Below, piece after piece: positions 7,602 to 17,939 of a stretch of 64,000 nt of DNA. Position 1 is the stretch's first letter, and the number at the start of each line of letters is the position of its first letter. A program made the translations under genes and the position numbers. Source of the stretch: a virus (lineage: Duplodnaviria > Caudoviricetes); IMG/VR virus record IMGVR_UViG_3300022899_000001, positions 1 to 64,000 of that record; one strand, written 5' to 3'. The notes beneath the pieces were generated by a model, which did not search any database, had not been told where the DNA came from, and saw only the letters and a program-made list of their open reading frames with translations.

Positions 7602-9565
7602 GGATTCAAAACCCTCCCGATTCCAACCGTCATGTTGATCGCGTGGCTGCCTGGCGCGTAGTCATCTGCGCCCATGTCCCAATTCGTCGCGCCGCGATAA
7701 TGGCCTACTCGGTCTGTTGTGAATCCAGTTTGAGTCTTGCCCCTACGGATGGCGTCGCTGCCGGTCTGCAATCGGAAGTTACTGATTGCCGGGTTGACAA
7801 ACTTCGCATCATAGCCGGTGACGTTCGTTGTCGTGGTCGCGTTGATGTCAACGATGCGGAAAAGATTGTTATTGGTCGTGACGTTAAAGCTCGAATCCAA
7901 GTCCAAGTCCGCGTAGGAGGCGGACAGGCTGCCCCATGAGTTTGTGTAAGAGAGATTGTTCCGAATACCGATGGTGTCCACGTTGCCAAAAATCTCAATC
8001 CCTCGCGCCTGATTGTTGACGGTGATGTTGTTTTCGACCGTGACGTTGGTGCTGGAAGAAACTTGAACTCCTGCGCTGCTATTCGAGGAGCAAGTGTTGT
8101 TCAACACCATCACGTTACTGGCGTTGCGCACGGCAATCCCGACGCCGCAATGATCGAGGATGTTGTTGTAAATCTGAACATCACGGCTGAAGCTGCCTAC
8201 GATTCCTATGCCGATGATGCAACCAGTGCTAAAATTGTTTCGTGCTATAAAATTCGTTCCCGTCGTGTAGTAGTGGATTCCATACCCCAAACCCGCGTCC
8301 GACGTGTTGGTTGAACCTTGCAGGAAACAATTCTCTACAATCACATCGCTGTGTTGCACATAAATCTGGTGGAACGGACCACCCACGGTTGCGTGCCAGC
8401 CATTGCTCAAAACGGTGCAGTGAGTGATAATGCTGAAAAGTTGTTCGCCGTCGCCTTCACCACCGCTGGTCAAAATGCCGTGGCCCAAAGCCGAGTTGCG
8501 AATGGTCAGGTTGGTGAGCGTGATATACTTCGTCCCCAGCCCCGTGAGTTTGATCCCGTCCGACCAGCAGTTAAGCGCGTTGATTTCAAAGGTGCTCAAG
8601 ACAATGTTGCTCTTGGATGAAATCAACATGCCGTGTGGGCCAGCGCCAGTCTGCGTGTTCGTGTTACCGATGGTCGGGTAATAAACCGCCCACTCGCCGG
8701 GATAGCTTTGGATGACGGTCGGCTGGTTCGTGGATGGCCCGCTCTTTATTTCGTCAATCTCGAACCCGTCGTCGTTGTAAGTGCCGCCCCGGATGGTCAG
8801 CGTGTCGCCGCCGTTCATGGTCATCACGCCATAACGAATATCAGCCCACGGGTCGTCAATCGCGCCCGTGCCACCGTTGTCGCCGTCAGTGGCGACGTAA
8901 AGTGTGGCCGGTCCAGTTGATGGTTTGAGCGCCACGGCCAGCCCCACCCAGTAGCTGCCGGCCGTGTTTCCAAACTCGGTCACTGGCGACGAAGCCGTCT
9001 TGTAAGTCACGAGCAAGTTGTTTCCGCTCGGCGCGAAACCGTCGTTGAATACCGAAGTCTCTCCCGGACCAATGTCGCCAAAGTCGCTGATGCCGAACAC
9101 GCCAACACTGAGATCGCCGGAGGCGCTTGCGCAATAGTTCGTCGGTGCGGGCGATGCGTTGGCGTGGTTCTCGTTGACCGTTCCGAGGGGAGTTGTCTGG
9201 TCCACTCCGCTCCACGTCGTGACCGCAGCCGTCACCCTGGTTGCCGATGAAGCCCATGTGACAACTACATCATGCGTGCCCGAATCCGGCGCGGTGAGAT
9301 ACCATAACTCAATCAGGTTTCCGTCGTTGCTGGACTCGGTTGCCAGATGCGTCAGCGCATCTCCGTTGTAGGTCGCCGCGTCCACATTCACGGAGCTTGA
9401 TCTGGTCTGGACGGCCAGCAGCAGGAAGTTCGCGCCCGAAACCGTTGTGGGAATCGTCAGCGAGGACACATCTGCATCCTTGTTCGTGAAGGTGTTCACG
9501 AGCGTCACAGCGCCGAATGCTGACACGCTGGAAAGCAGGAACGAAATGAGCAGGAGGCGTTTCAT
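7598..9565 (-). CDS. Exported right-handed beta-helix (pectin-lyase-fold) protein, putative depolymerase/adhesin
   Basis: Signal peptide; LYVATDGDNGGTGAIDDPW..I..G...GGDTLTIRGGTY start motif; N/I/G-rich helix rungs; C-terminal FVNPAISNFRLQTGSDAI...DMGADDY (choice-of-anchor-Q-like). Confidence 0.75.
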   Translation of the reverse strand: MKRLLLISFLLSSVSAFGAVTLVNTFTNKDADVSSLTIPTTVSGANFLLLAVQTRSSSVNVDAATYNGDALTHLATESSNDGNLIELWYLTAPDSGTHDVVVTWASSATRVTAAVTTWSGVDQTTPLGTVNENHANASPAPTNYCASASGDLSVGVFGISDFGDIGPGETSVFNDGFAPSGNNLLVTYKTASSPVTEFGNTAGSYWVGLAVALKPSTGPATLYVATDGDNGGTGAIDDPWADIRYGVMTMNGGDTLTIRGGTYNDDGFEIDEIKSGPSTNQPTVIQSYPGEWAVYYPTIGNTNTQTGAGPHGMLISSKSNIVLSTFEINALNCWSDGIKLTGLGTKYITLTNLTIRNSALGHGILTSGGEGDGEQLFSIITHCTVLSNGWHATVGGPFHQIYVQHSDVIVENCFLQGSTNTSDAGLGYGIHYYTTGTNFIARNNFSTGCIIGIGIVGSFSRDVQIYNNILDHCGVGIAVRNASNVMVLNNTCSSNSSAGVQVSSSTNVTVENNITVNNQARGIEIFGNVDTIGIRNNLSYTNSWGSLSASYADLDLDSSFNVTTNNNLFRIVDINATTTTNVTGYDAKFVNPAISNFRLQTGSDAIRRGKTQTGFTTDRVGHYRGATNWDMGADDYAPGSHAINMTVGIGRVLNP

Positions 9566-10273
9566 CTATTTTCGTTTTCCCCTACCGTTCGACTCCACAA
9601 CCTCAACGCTCGTGTCGGTCATTTTGATAACGAGCGACAGGTCGTCAGGCGTTCCGTACTGATCCTTGGGATCGAGCTGGATAAGCAGCGTGTACTTACC
9701 CGGCTTGATTTCTGTCACGTCCAGCCACATGCAGGCGGCATTGGCGCCGTAGGTGTCACCCCAGCCTTTCAGCAGATACGGCTCGGCGCAGTAATTGTTG
9801 ACGTTGGTGTACGGAACAGCGCCAATTAGAAGCGGCGAGCCTGAAATCACGCACCAGCCCATCTTGCCAGATACCGTAAGGCGCTTGCTGCCTTGCAGCA
9901 GGGAGAAGATGGACCAGTCAATCAGGTGAATATGCTGATGGCAGGTGTCGTAGTAGAACAAATCCGGGCGGGATGTGATCGTCGGCCCTGCCCAGTTGTT
10001 CGTCCAGGCGTTCACAATGGTCATGTTGAACGCCAGCAACCGACGCAGGCCAACCTTGGCACATCCAATCCGCTCGGAAATCTCGCAGTCGTTCGTGCCA
10101 AAGGTGTGCGTGACCAGGTGCAACGAACCTTCCACAGTGTCTTTTGGATCGAAGTTTCCGTAATCAATCCGGTTGGTCGGAACATTGTCCAGTATGACGA
10201 CTGGTGACTGGGAGAAAACTGTGATGGCAGAGACGAACAGCAAGGCAATGATGATTTTCATAATGTGGTTCAT
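9566..10273 (-). CDS. Secreted lysyl oxidase (LOX) family protein
   Basis: RRLLAF; CHQHIH copper motif; GKMGWC (LTQ Lys); GWGDTYGANAACMWLDVTEIKPGKYTLLIQLDP (LTQ Tyr); signal peptide; start 10273 (ATGA) or 10261. Confidence 0.85.
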   Translation of the reverse strand: MNHIMKIIIALLFVSAITVFSQSPVVILDNVPTNRIDYGNFDPKDTVEGSLHLVTHTFGTNDCEISERIGCAKVGLRRLLAFNMTIVNAWTNNWAGPTITSRPDLFYYDTCHQHIHLIDWSIFSLLQGSKRLTVSGKMGWCVISGSPLLIGAVPYTNVNNYCAEPYLLKGWGDTYGANAACMWLDVTEIKPGKYTLLIQLDPKDQYGTPDDLSLVIKMTDTSVEVVESNGRGKRK

Positions 10274-11040
10274 CTTGTGACCGCTCCAATCTCCAGACAA
10301 ATCTGCGCCCACTGCGCGGCGCTCGAAGTCACGACAACCGTGTTGTCCGTCGAGCTGAGCTGGTGAATGACGGAAAGCCCCGTGGCCGGAGTGTTGAACC
10401 CTGCGTCAGTGTCCTCTGTCCACCCTGTCTCCGGCGTCGTCACGTTGCCTCCGTTTCCAGAGACGGTGCCGGTGAAAACAAAAACGGCGCTTCTCCCATT
10501 TCCATTCAGCGCGGCCATCGTGGTTGACGGGTTGGCAGTCGCGTTGGTTGCCACGGTGCTCTGAATAATTGCGTCCGCACCGTTCGCTCCAGTAGTGATG
10601 CAGTTGGATAGGCCCAAGACGTACAAGGAATGCCCTTCACGCGATGCTGCGTACGTGACGGTGATGTTCCCGGACGCGCCATTGTTGTTCGTCATGCTGC
10701 GCCAAACGGACAGTCGGTTGCTTGCCACAAGTCCGTTGTAGTTCGTCGAGATGATCTTTACGTAGGTCATGTTGTTCCCAGTGACGCTCGTTGGGTCGGT
10801 GGCGTTTCCGGTCAGGGGCGACACGCTGGCCACTAGGATCAACTCGTTCGGGCCGGGTTGGAAAGGGGTCAACGATGAATATGCCGTTCCCGCTGTCGTT
10901 AAATTCGTGACGTAAAGCTGACGGAACGCTATTGATAACTGGTGAGGGAATCGAAGGCGACGGTTCGGTGCGACGGATTGCGCCGGCAGCACAATCTGGA
11001 AGCAGAAAAAAGAGAGCAAGAATGCGATGGTCAACTTCAT
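10270..11040 (-). CDS. Exported Thr/Asn-rich beta-sandwich protein, probable virion appendage
   Basis: Signal peptide MKLTIAFLLSFFCFQIVLPA; resembles the N-terminal domain of 7598-9565. Confidence 0.6.
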   Translation of the reverse strand: MKLTIAFLLSFFCFQIVLPAQSVAPNRRLRFPHQLSIAFRQLYVTNLTTAGTAYSSLTPFQPGPNELILVASVSPLTGNATDPTSVTGNNMTYVKIISTNYNGLVASNRLSVWRSMTNNNGASGNITVTYAASREGHSLYVLGLSNCITTGANGADAIIQSTVATNATANPSTTMAALNGNGRSAVFVFTGTVSGNGGNVTTPETGWTEDTDAGFNTPATGLSVIHQLSSTDNTVVVTSSAAQWAQICLEIGAVTR

Positions 11041-14000
11041 GGCGTCGCAACCGGGAAGTCGGTTCTTGTGTTCTTCTGGTAATAAACTCGGAAATCTATG
11101 ATAGAAGTCAGGTTTGTGCTGGTGTCGCCCGTGGCTGCTCCCAAACGCTGAATCTCCCACAGGATGGACTTGGCGCTCGTTGGCGTGTTGCCGACCGTGA
11201 TCGCGCTGGAGATGGTTTTATAGCTGATTTGATTCGTCCCTGTGCCGCCTCTGAAATCAATTTTGTTCGTCAGCCATACTCCCGTCCCCCACGTGGGGTT
11301 ATCCTCGATTGCCCCGGTTGGAATCGCGGCTGCGCGGACAGCAAAGACGGTGTTCGTGGCGAGAAGTCCGTTCGTAAACCGGCTCACACTGGTCAGCTCG
11401 ACTTGGACTGTTCCCGCGTTCCAATCCCACGGCAGCGCGAAGCGCGACCGGATGCAATTGGTGACCGCATCGCTGAACTCGAACGCATCGCCATAGTTTG
11501 AAATGACGATTGAGGACGCAGGGGTAAACGTCGTTGCTGAGATTGCGTTGCTGAACCATGCGCCCATCGGAATGCACACCGATGTGACGATAGGGAGGTT
11601 CGTCACAGCAGCAGCGTTGTTGTTGAAGGAAACGGCGGCGAGGTTCTGCGTCGCGTAGCCCATCGGCGCGGTCAGTTCGGTGTCGCGTGTGATCGTGGAC
11701 GCAATGCGGGCGTCGGCCACCGTGCCACTGCCGATGGCAGAACCGGGCAACCCTGTTGACGTAAATGTGAACCGCTGGTCCGCTACAATGACATCAACCG
11801 CTTCGTCTCCACTGGTAGACCGAACTAATATTTTCGTATCGCCTCCCGGCGCTGCAAGGATGCCGTAGGTGTTCGTCGTCTGCGCTCCCGCCGTGCCGTT
11901 GAACATCTTCGCCGTTATCGTGCCTGATCCGTTGTTAGTCACCGTACTCATGGGAGATGTGAACTCTGTATCAAGCGTTAAGGATGACAGTGATCCGCCG
12001 ATTGTGAGCCGGCCAACGTTGTTGACGTAAAGCCATTGATCCCCTGAGCCGCTTAATTCGGTCACAACGGCGCCTCCATCTATCGTCAGGCGCTCGCCTC
12101 CAATATGCCAACTGCCGTTGGCTGAATCCTGATATATGTGCGCGGCTGAACCTTCAAAATAGCTTTCGATTGCCATTGAGAACACGCCGCCGCCCGCATC
12201 ATAGTGCGGGTTGATTTTAAGATACGTGTCAGTGACAGCGTGTGTTTGGTTGCTCCAAAGCATTGAACCGTTCGTGTATTGAACGAAGGTTGAGCCGAAC
12301 AGGTTAGAGGCAATGGATAGGACGCCTGACATTTCAGTGCCGAGACGCAAGTAGGTTGTATCCGGTCCACCTGCCTCGAAAAACACGTTTGTCCCCCCAC
12401 CGCTTCCGCTCGTCGGCCAAGTTGTTCGTCGCACTCCACCCAACGTCACTCCATTCGTGAACCATCCCTCGTCAACATAGTTCGTCTGATTCACCTTGGC
12501 GTTTCCATTCACTTGCAACCCCGTTCCGAGGTTGGTCGTCGTCGCCGTGTTGACCGTCAGATTTCCAGTACTGTCCAACTTTCCCGCTGCGGTCTGCATG
12601 TTGAACGAGCCACCGCTGAGGACGATGTTGTTCGAGAACCACGTCACGCCACCGAACGTGGCCGTCGTTGGAAAGTGACTGTCCAGCCGAGTGACGGCAA
12701 AGGCTTTCGTCGGGTCATAAGGAGTAGCTGAAACGTAAGCGTTTCCGCTGCTGTTGTAGAAATCGTACCCGTCCGAAGGCGATGAAACCGTGCAGGCGGA
12801 GAAATAAAGCTTCGTGCCACTCGCGTGAGAGTCCACAGCCCTACCGCCCGCGCCTGTGGCCTTGAATATGCAGCCAATGTTGGTCACGCTGATCGTGTCG
12901 TTCACGTAAAGACACGTCTGTGCGGCAACTGTGTTGAGGCCTACGCAACCCTCCATTAGTCCTGAGCCGCCTGTGCGAATGGTGAAGGTCGCCCCCGCCC
13001 GACTCTCGAAACGGGTGTTGTAAAACTCGAACCGCCCGCCGTCGTGTCCGTAGCAATCCGTTCCGGTTGCGAGCAGTGTCGAATTGCGGAAGACGATCAG
13101 TTGCCCGTCGTTCAGGAACGTATCGTCGTTGCTGGTGGAATACGTGATAAGATCGCAGTGATCCAGCTCCACCGAGCCGCCCGTCTTGTAATACGTCGTG
13201 CCGTTACTGGAGGTCATGGAGCAGTTGCGGAAGACGTTCGTTCCCAGGTAATGAAGCACCACCTCCTCGGACGAAAACATATCAATACGAGCACCGCCAA
13301 TCATGGCGAAATTCTTGTTGTTCTGGTTTGCGGTGATGTTGACCACCGGCGCGCCGTTGCTGCAAATGAACTCCGCGCCATGCGGTGCATACACGCTCGC
13401 GGCCCACGCTTCAGTGCCGAAGTCGGGGAACATTCCATAGGTGTCTTCGTTGGTGTAGGTGAACCGGCAGAATCCTTCGAGCGTGATCTGTGGGGAGTTG
13501 GTCAGCCAGATGTTGGTCGAAAGCAGATAGTAACCCGGCGCGACCGAGAGGTGATCACCGGGAAGCATGGCAAACGCCGCGACGGAAGGGTCTGCCCACG
13601 GGAACGCAGGCTTGCCGCGAATGGCGGTGGAGTTGTTTCCATTTGTGGCGACGTAGAGTGTGCGCCCGTTTGTTATACTATCGCCACCACCGCCACTGCC
13701 CTTGCTGTCAACCCAGCCGTAGAAAGTGGCATCAATGGATTGAGTGCGAATGCCAGTAAGATTTGCACCCACGCCGATGAATCCCGCACCGGCCCCGCTG
13801 AGAGTTGCTCCACCCGAACCAATTGAGAGCGTTGAGCCGCCACCGCTCAAAGTCAGCGTGCTTGAGTTGGTCGCCTCTACCCGGTCGGTGTAGTTCGTCC
13901 CGCTGTTGACGATCTGCGCGTTAAAAGCGTTGCTCAGGACTAGGATCGTTCCACTAGAACCCGTGAACGGGCCTTGGATAAGCTTGCCGTCGCCGTCAGC

Positions 14001-17000
14001 AGCCAGAGATGTTTTGTTCGTCTGACCCGTGTAGAAAGTGCCAGTCGAGAACACGTCGGCGTAGAACGGCCCAAGGAAGTACCACGCCCCGGTATTGGTG
14101 AAGTCCCCGCTAAGGTTGTAGTTCGCGTTCGTGTCAAAGTTTCCACTTCCGCTTTTGCTGTTCACCCAGTCAATGAAAGTGGAGTCAATCGAGTTGGTGC
14201 GAATGCCGGTGAGATTTGCCCCGACTCCGATAAAGCCAGCGCCCGCCCCGCTCAGCGTTGCACCACCAGAACCAATCGCGAGCGTAGAGCCACCGCCGAT
14301 CAAGTCCAGGGTGCTTGAGTTCGTGGCTTCCACCCGGTCAACAAAGTTGGTGCTGCTGGCCAGTATCGGTGCGGCGAACCAGTTGCTGCCACTTATTATC
14401 TTTCCAGTGCTGGAAGTGAAACGTGGGTCAGACGATCCTCCAGAATTGTTCGTCAGCCAGTCCAACGCCGCGTTGATGGCCGCAATCTCCGCGAAGCTCA
14501 ACGTGCGGCTTGGACCTGACCCTCTGGCGTAGAGAAGCGCCGCTCCAGTGTTGGTTGATCCGAACACGTCAATGAATCCGGCGCCGTTTGTCAGCGGCAA
14601 TCGAATGCGGGTCCCGGATTGTTCCTCCAGCAGCTTTGCTGATGGAGAACCATCGGACGAAAACCCATTCGTTCCCACCACCGTTCCGCCCGCCTGAAAG
14701 TCTCCGTTGCGACGGAAGTTAAAGTTGTTCGTCATCACGGTTTGAGCGCCGGAACTCGCCGGGTTTGTGCCGCCAGTCCAAATCTCAATCTCGCCACTGC
14801 CTCCTGTTCCCTTTCCGTATGAGGTTTGAATCTTGAAGTTTCCGCCCGCTGTGTCCGAACTACTGGAGTTTCCGAACTGGAACACCTGAGTCGCAGCCGA
14901 GCCTGCGTCAACGCCAAACGTGAAGTTGCCAGCGCCGTTCATGGTTATCCCGCTAGAGCCAGAAAGGTTTATGGTTGGCCCTCTCAGTTGCAGAATCGAG
15001 CCTCCGGTTTCAAATATCTCCATCGTGCTCGCATCGAACTTCTGCATTCTCAGCGAGCCAGCACTGGAAGCAGTCAACTGGATCACTGGGTCAGCCGCGC
15101 TTGAATTTCCAACCTGTAACGTCGCCGTGCTGTTGGTCAGAGTAAGTCCAGCGTCAAGGAACGGGCTGCGAGTTTCGTGATTGGTAAGGGCGTCACCGCC
15201 GCTGGGAGGATTGGTGATTGCTATTCCGAACAGGACATTGCTGGCAGCGTTGATATCTGCCAGCCATTTGTTTGTTACCTCTGTGGTAAGTGAAGCTGTT
15301 CTGAGATTCGCGTTTGTATCCCATGTAATCGAAGGAGACGAAGCCACATCTATTGAGTTTGAAGCTACACCCCCTTCTTGAGTTGTTGCCAAGACACCGT
15401 TTGTCAAAATTAACCCAGCCCCGATTGAGATAGGGCCAGCCGGAGCAAGCGAGGCATTGGTGCTTCCTGCAAGTTTGTTTGCTGAAATAATCATTCCGTT
15501 AACCGGAAGATTCGTTCCACCAGCAAGGTTGATGCTCGTGGCGGCGACGTGGCCGGTGAAAGTGATGGACGATAGCGCAGCAGTGACTTCGCCCGTGCTG
15601 GACATAGATGTTACCCCTCCGTACTGACTGGCCTTGAACGGGTCGAATCCAATGTCTGACGACAAACGAAACTCTCCCCCCTCATACAGCAGCTTGTTAT
15701 GGGAACTTCCTGCGTTGGCGTCGAGATGCAGGCCGTACGTTCCAGACTCCACTACATAGCGAGCGCGGCCAGGATAGACTTGCAGAACCAGAGGCGTTGT
15801 GAGGTTTAGTTGCGGCGCAGTTATCGTCATCGTGTTAGTGCCGGTGATGGATGCCACGCCACGGCCCGGTTCAAATACGATGAACTCGTTGTTGAACGAA
15901 TCCCTGATGTTGAGTCCCGTTGTTCCGTATTTGATGTCGCTGTGCGCCTGCTCAACGTTCATCTGGATAGAACCGCCAACGCCAGGCGATGCGTCGGCGG
16001 TCACTTCAAGGATTGCCCGATTCGTGGACCTGACTTGTGCGACCGTCACCGCTGGACTGTCGGCATAGAATGTAAAGCGGTCGGACAAGCTGGCGTCTCC
16101 CCATTTGACTGATGAAGTCGTGCCCGGCGAGCGGAGGCGCAGATTGTCCGTGCTGTCCGTGTCCGGCGCTTGAGCGCCGATGACCACGTTCGCATCCGTG
16201 CGGCTGAGTTGCAGAGTTTTGCGATACGGCAAACTGATAAGAGGTCGGTTCGTCAAATAGTCCGAGTCGAAGGTATCAATCAAATCAACGCCGCCACTGG
16301 CCCGCTGCCACAGGATCATGTTGGCCCGGCCCGGTTGGTTCTTGTTGTTGAAAGCCACGCCCTGAGCCATGAGCGGAAGCGTGTTGCTCACCGACGAAGT
16401 GCCGAAATCGTTGTTGATGAAAGTAGCCGTTGGCGACGTGCCGCTCGCCACACTGAGATGCTTTGACGTGCCGGTCGCATCCGGTTGCCACAGATTGTTC
16501 TCAAAGAGATAGTAGCCGCTGTGCAGGTTGACCGCTCCGTTCGTCCCGGCGTGTGAAGCATCGCTGTCGGTTGCAATGAAGTTGTCTGTCAACCGAGCAA
16601 TCGGAACTCCCATGTTGGCGAACATCCAGTCGTGCTCGTTCCTTACCCCTTCCAACGTCACTGGATCGCTGCCGCCGCTCAGGTCGTAACTAATCAACGC
16701 GCCCGTGCCCAATCCGCCCCGAATGCGATAACTCCCGTTGATGGCGTAAATCTGCTTGCGGACGTGGGCGAACGTGCAGTCCTCGTCGAAAACAAGGCTA
16801 AGGGCGTTGGCGTTATCGCCTATGACGATACCGATACCGCAAAGGGAGTGGTCGTTGTTCGCGCCGGCAACGAGGATTTTCTTGAAACGGATATTCTCGC
16901 AATTTTCATGCGCGGTGCGGCTGATGTAAATGCCGACGCCGTTGGTGTCCACTTCCTGAAAGGTCTGAATGCGGAGATTCTCAAACAGCGTGTCCGACGT

Positions 17001-17939
17001 GATGTAGGTATAGCCAGCTATTTGATCGTGCTCGATGGCCACGTCGCAGTGGTTCGTGTGTATTCCATTGGATGGTGTATCCCGCAAAAATCCAAGGCCG
17101 ACGACTTTATGATTCAGACCGCGCAGGTTCAGGATGCACCCATTGCTCATTGAGTTGCCGAGGAAGGCCAGCACTGGCGCATCGTATGGAAACGACAGGG
17201 GAACGCCGTGAGTCTCGGTGTCGCCTTTGAGCGTCCATCCCTGCACGTCGGCAATCTCAATGCAGTTTGTGCCTCCCGTGGTGAACGTGTAAGCGGTGAG
17301 GAACGGTGGAAAGACAATGGTTGGAACTGCCCCGGAGTTCTCTTTGATCTTGGCGATCATGTTCGTCAGTGCGCGGCTAGACGAATGCAGGGTTGCGTCC
17401 GACTCAATCGGCCACATTCCATACCACTCTCCCTTCCAAAGCGTGTTGTTGTCCCGCACGCGCTTCCACTGTCCACTCGAAGCGTGCGCGAACACTGTTC
17501 CCAAGTCAGCCGTCTCCGACGTGGATTGGCGTATGAACTTGCCACCACCCCAAGCGCGGCCATTGGAATCATTCGTGCCGTAATAAGACCTGACAGTGAC
17601 TTCGCCGTTCATTGGAACAGTTACATCGGCCACCATCGCCGCAATCGAACTGAACGTGGCGTGTGCTATGTTCGTGCTGTCTATGCGCCACTGGTTGGTT
17701 ACGGCATCTGTGACGCTGTTTCCGCTTCCAGTGCCGTGAACTGTAACGACGCCTCCATTTGTTACGGTGATAATGTTTGTTCCTGCCCCCACGCCTTTGA
17801 CTGGAATTACAACGGCGTTGCGCACCGCGTTTGTCCACGCCGCAGGTTGGTTCGTCGTGCCAGGCCCGCGAATGATTGGCGCCTGAGCGAAGACGTTGAG
17901 AGCGACAAAATACGGCAGGAGTTTTAGCAGCGTTCTCAT
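11037..17939 (-). CDS. Large tail fibre/tailspike-like protein (~2300 aa) with beta-helix domains and a signal peptide
   Basis: Two pectin-lyase-like segments (one starting TLYVATNGNNSTAIRG..FPW), G/T/N/S-rich fibre stretches, internal duplication; ATG 17939 overlaps the upstream stop; MRTLLKLLPYFVALNVFA signal. Confidence 0.75.
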   Translation of the reverse strand: MRTLLKLLPYFVALNVFAQAPIIRGPGTTNQPAAWTNAVRNAVVIPVKGVGAGTNIITVTNGGVVTVHGTGSGNSVTDAVTNQWRIDSTNIAHATFSSIAAMVADVTVPMNGEVTVRSYYGTNDSNGRAWGGGKFIRQSTSETADLGTVFAHASSGQWKRVRDNNTLWKGEWYGMWPIESDATLHSSSRALTNMIAKIKENSGAVPTIVFPPFLTAYTFTTGGTNCIEIADVQGWTLKGDTETHGVPLSFPYDAPVLAFLGNSMSNGCILNLRGLNHKVVGLGFLRDTPSNGIHTNHCDVAIEHDQIAGYTYITSDTLFENLRIQTFQEVDTNGVGIYISRTAHENCENIRFKKILVAGANNDHSLCGIGIVIGDNANALSLVFDEDCTFAHVRKQIYAINGSYRIRGGLGTGALISYDLSGGSDPVTLEGVRNEHDWMFANMGVPIARLTDNFIATDSDASHAGTNGAVNLHSGYYLFENNLWQPDATGTSKHLSVASGTSPTATFINNDFGTSSVSNTLPLMAQGVAFNNKNQPGRANMILWQRASGGVDLIDTFDSDYLTNRPLISLPYRKTLQLSRTDANVVIGAQAPDTDSTDNLRLRSPGTTSSVKWGDASLSDRFTFYADSPAVTVAQVRSTNRAILEVTADASPGVGGSIQMNVEQAHSDIKYGTTGLNIRDSFNNEFIVFEPGRGVASITGTNTMTITAPQLNLTTPLVLQVYPGRARYVVESGTYGLHLDANAGSSHNKLLYEGGEFRLSSDIGFDPFKASQYGGVTSMSSTGEVTAALSSITFTGHVAATSINLAGGTNLPVNGMIISANKLAGSTNASLAPAGPISIGAGLILTNGVLATTQEGGVASNSIDVASSPSITWDTNANLRTASLTTEVTNKWLADINAASNVLFGIAITNPPSGGDALTNHETRSPFLDAGLTLTNSTATLQVGNSSAADPVIQLTASSAGSLRMQKFDASTMEIFETGGSILQLRGPTINLSGSSGITMNGAGNFTFGVDAGSAATQVFQFGNSSSSDTAGGNFKIQTSYGKGTGGSGEIEIWTGGTNPASSGAQTVMTNNFNFRRNGDFQAGGTVVGTNGFSSDGSPSAKLLEEQSGTRIRLPLTNGAGFIDVFGSTNTGAALLYARGSGPSRTLSFAEIAAINAALDWLTNNSGGSSDPRFTSSTGKIISGSNWFAAPILASSTNFVDRVEATNSSTLDLIGGGSTLAIGSGGATLSGAGAGFIGVGANLTGIRTNSIDSTFIDWVNSKSGSGNFDTNANYNLSGDFTNTGAWYFLGPFYADVFSTGTFYTGQTNKTSLAADGDGKLIQGPFTGSSGTILVLSNAFNAQIVNSGTNYTDRVEATNSSTLTLSGGGSTLSIGSGGATLSGAGAGFIGVGANLTGIRTQSIDATFYGWVDSKGSGGGGDSITNGRTLYVATNGNNSTAIRGKPAFPWADPSVAAFAMLPGDHLSVAPGYYLLSTNIWLTNSPQITLEGFCRFTYTNEDTYGMFPDFGTEAWAASVYAPHGAEFICSNGAPVVNITANQNNKNFAMIGGARIDMFSSEEVVLHYLGTNVFRNCSMTSSNGTTYYKTGGSVELDHCDLITYSTSNDDTFLNDGQLIVFRNSTLLATGTDCYGHDGGRFEFYNTRFESRAGATFTIRTGGSGLMEGCVGLNTVAAQTCLYVNDTISVTNIGCIFKATGAGGRAVDSHASGTKLYFSACTVSSPSDGYDFYNSSGNAYVSATPYDPTKAFAVTRLDSHFPTTATFGGVTWFSNNIVLSGGSFNMQTAAGKLDSTGNLTVNTATTTNLGTGLQVNGNAKVNQTNYVDEGWFTNGVTLGGVRRTTWPTSGSGGGTNVFFEAGGPDTTYLRLGTEMSGVLSIASNLFGSTFVQYTNGSMLWSNQTHAVTDTYLKINPHYDAGGGVFSMAIESYFEGSAAHIYQDSANGSWHIGGERLTIDGGAVVTELSGSGDQWLYVNNVGRLTIGGSLSSLTLDTEFTSPMSTVTNNGSGTITAKMFNGTAGAQTTNTYGILAAPGGDTKILVRSTSGDEAVDVIVADQRFTFTSTGLPGSAIGSGTVADARIASTITRDTELTAPMGYATQNLAAVSFNNNAAAVTNLPIVTSVCIPMGAWFSNAISATTFTPASSIVISNYGDAFEFSDAVTNCIRSRFALPWDWNAGTVQVELTSVSRFTNGLLATNTVFAVRAAAIPTGAIEDNPTWGTGVWLTNKIDFRGGTGTNQISYKTISSAITVGNTPTSAKSILWEIQRLGAATGDTSTNLTSIIDFRVYYQKNTRTDFPVATP
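13690..14360 (-). repeat. Two diverged copies of a ~70-codon module in the tail fibre (about 13690-13905 and 14141-14360)
   Basis: DRVEATNSSTL.L.GGGSTL.IGSGGATLSGAGAGFIGVGANLTGIRT.SID.TF..WV.SK occurs twice. Confidence 0.85.
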
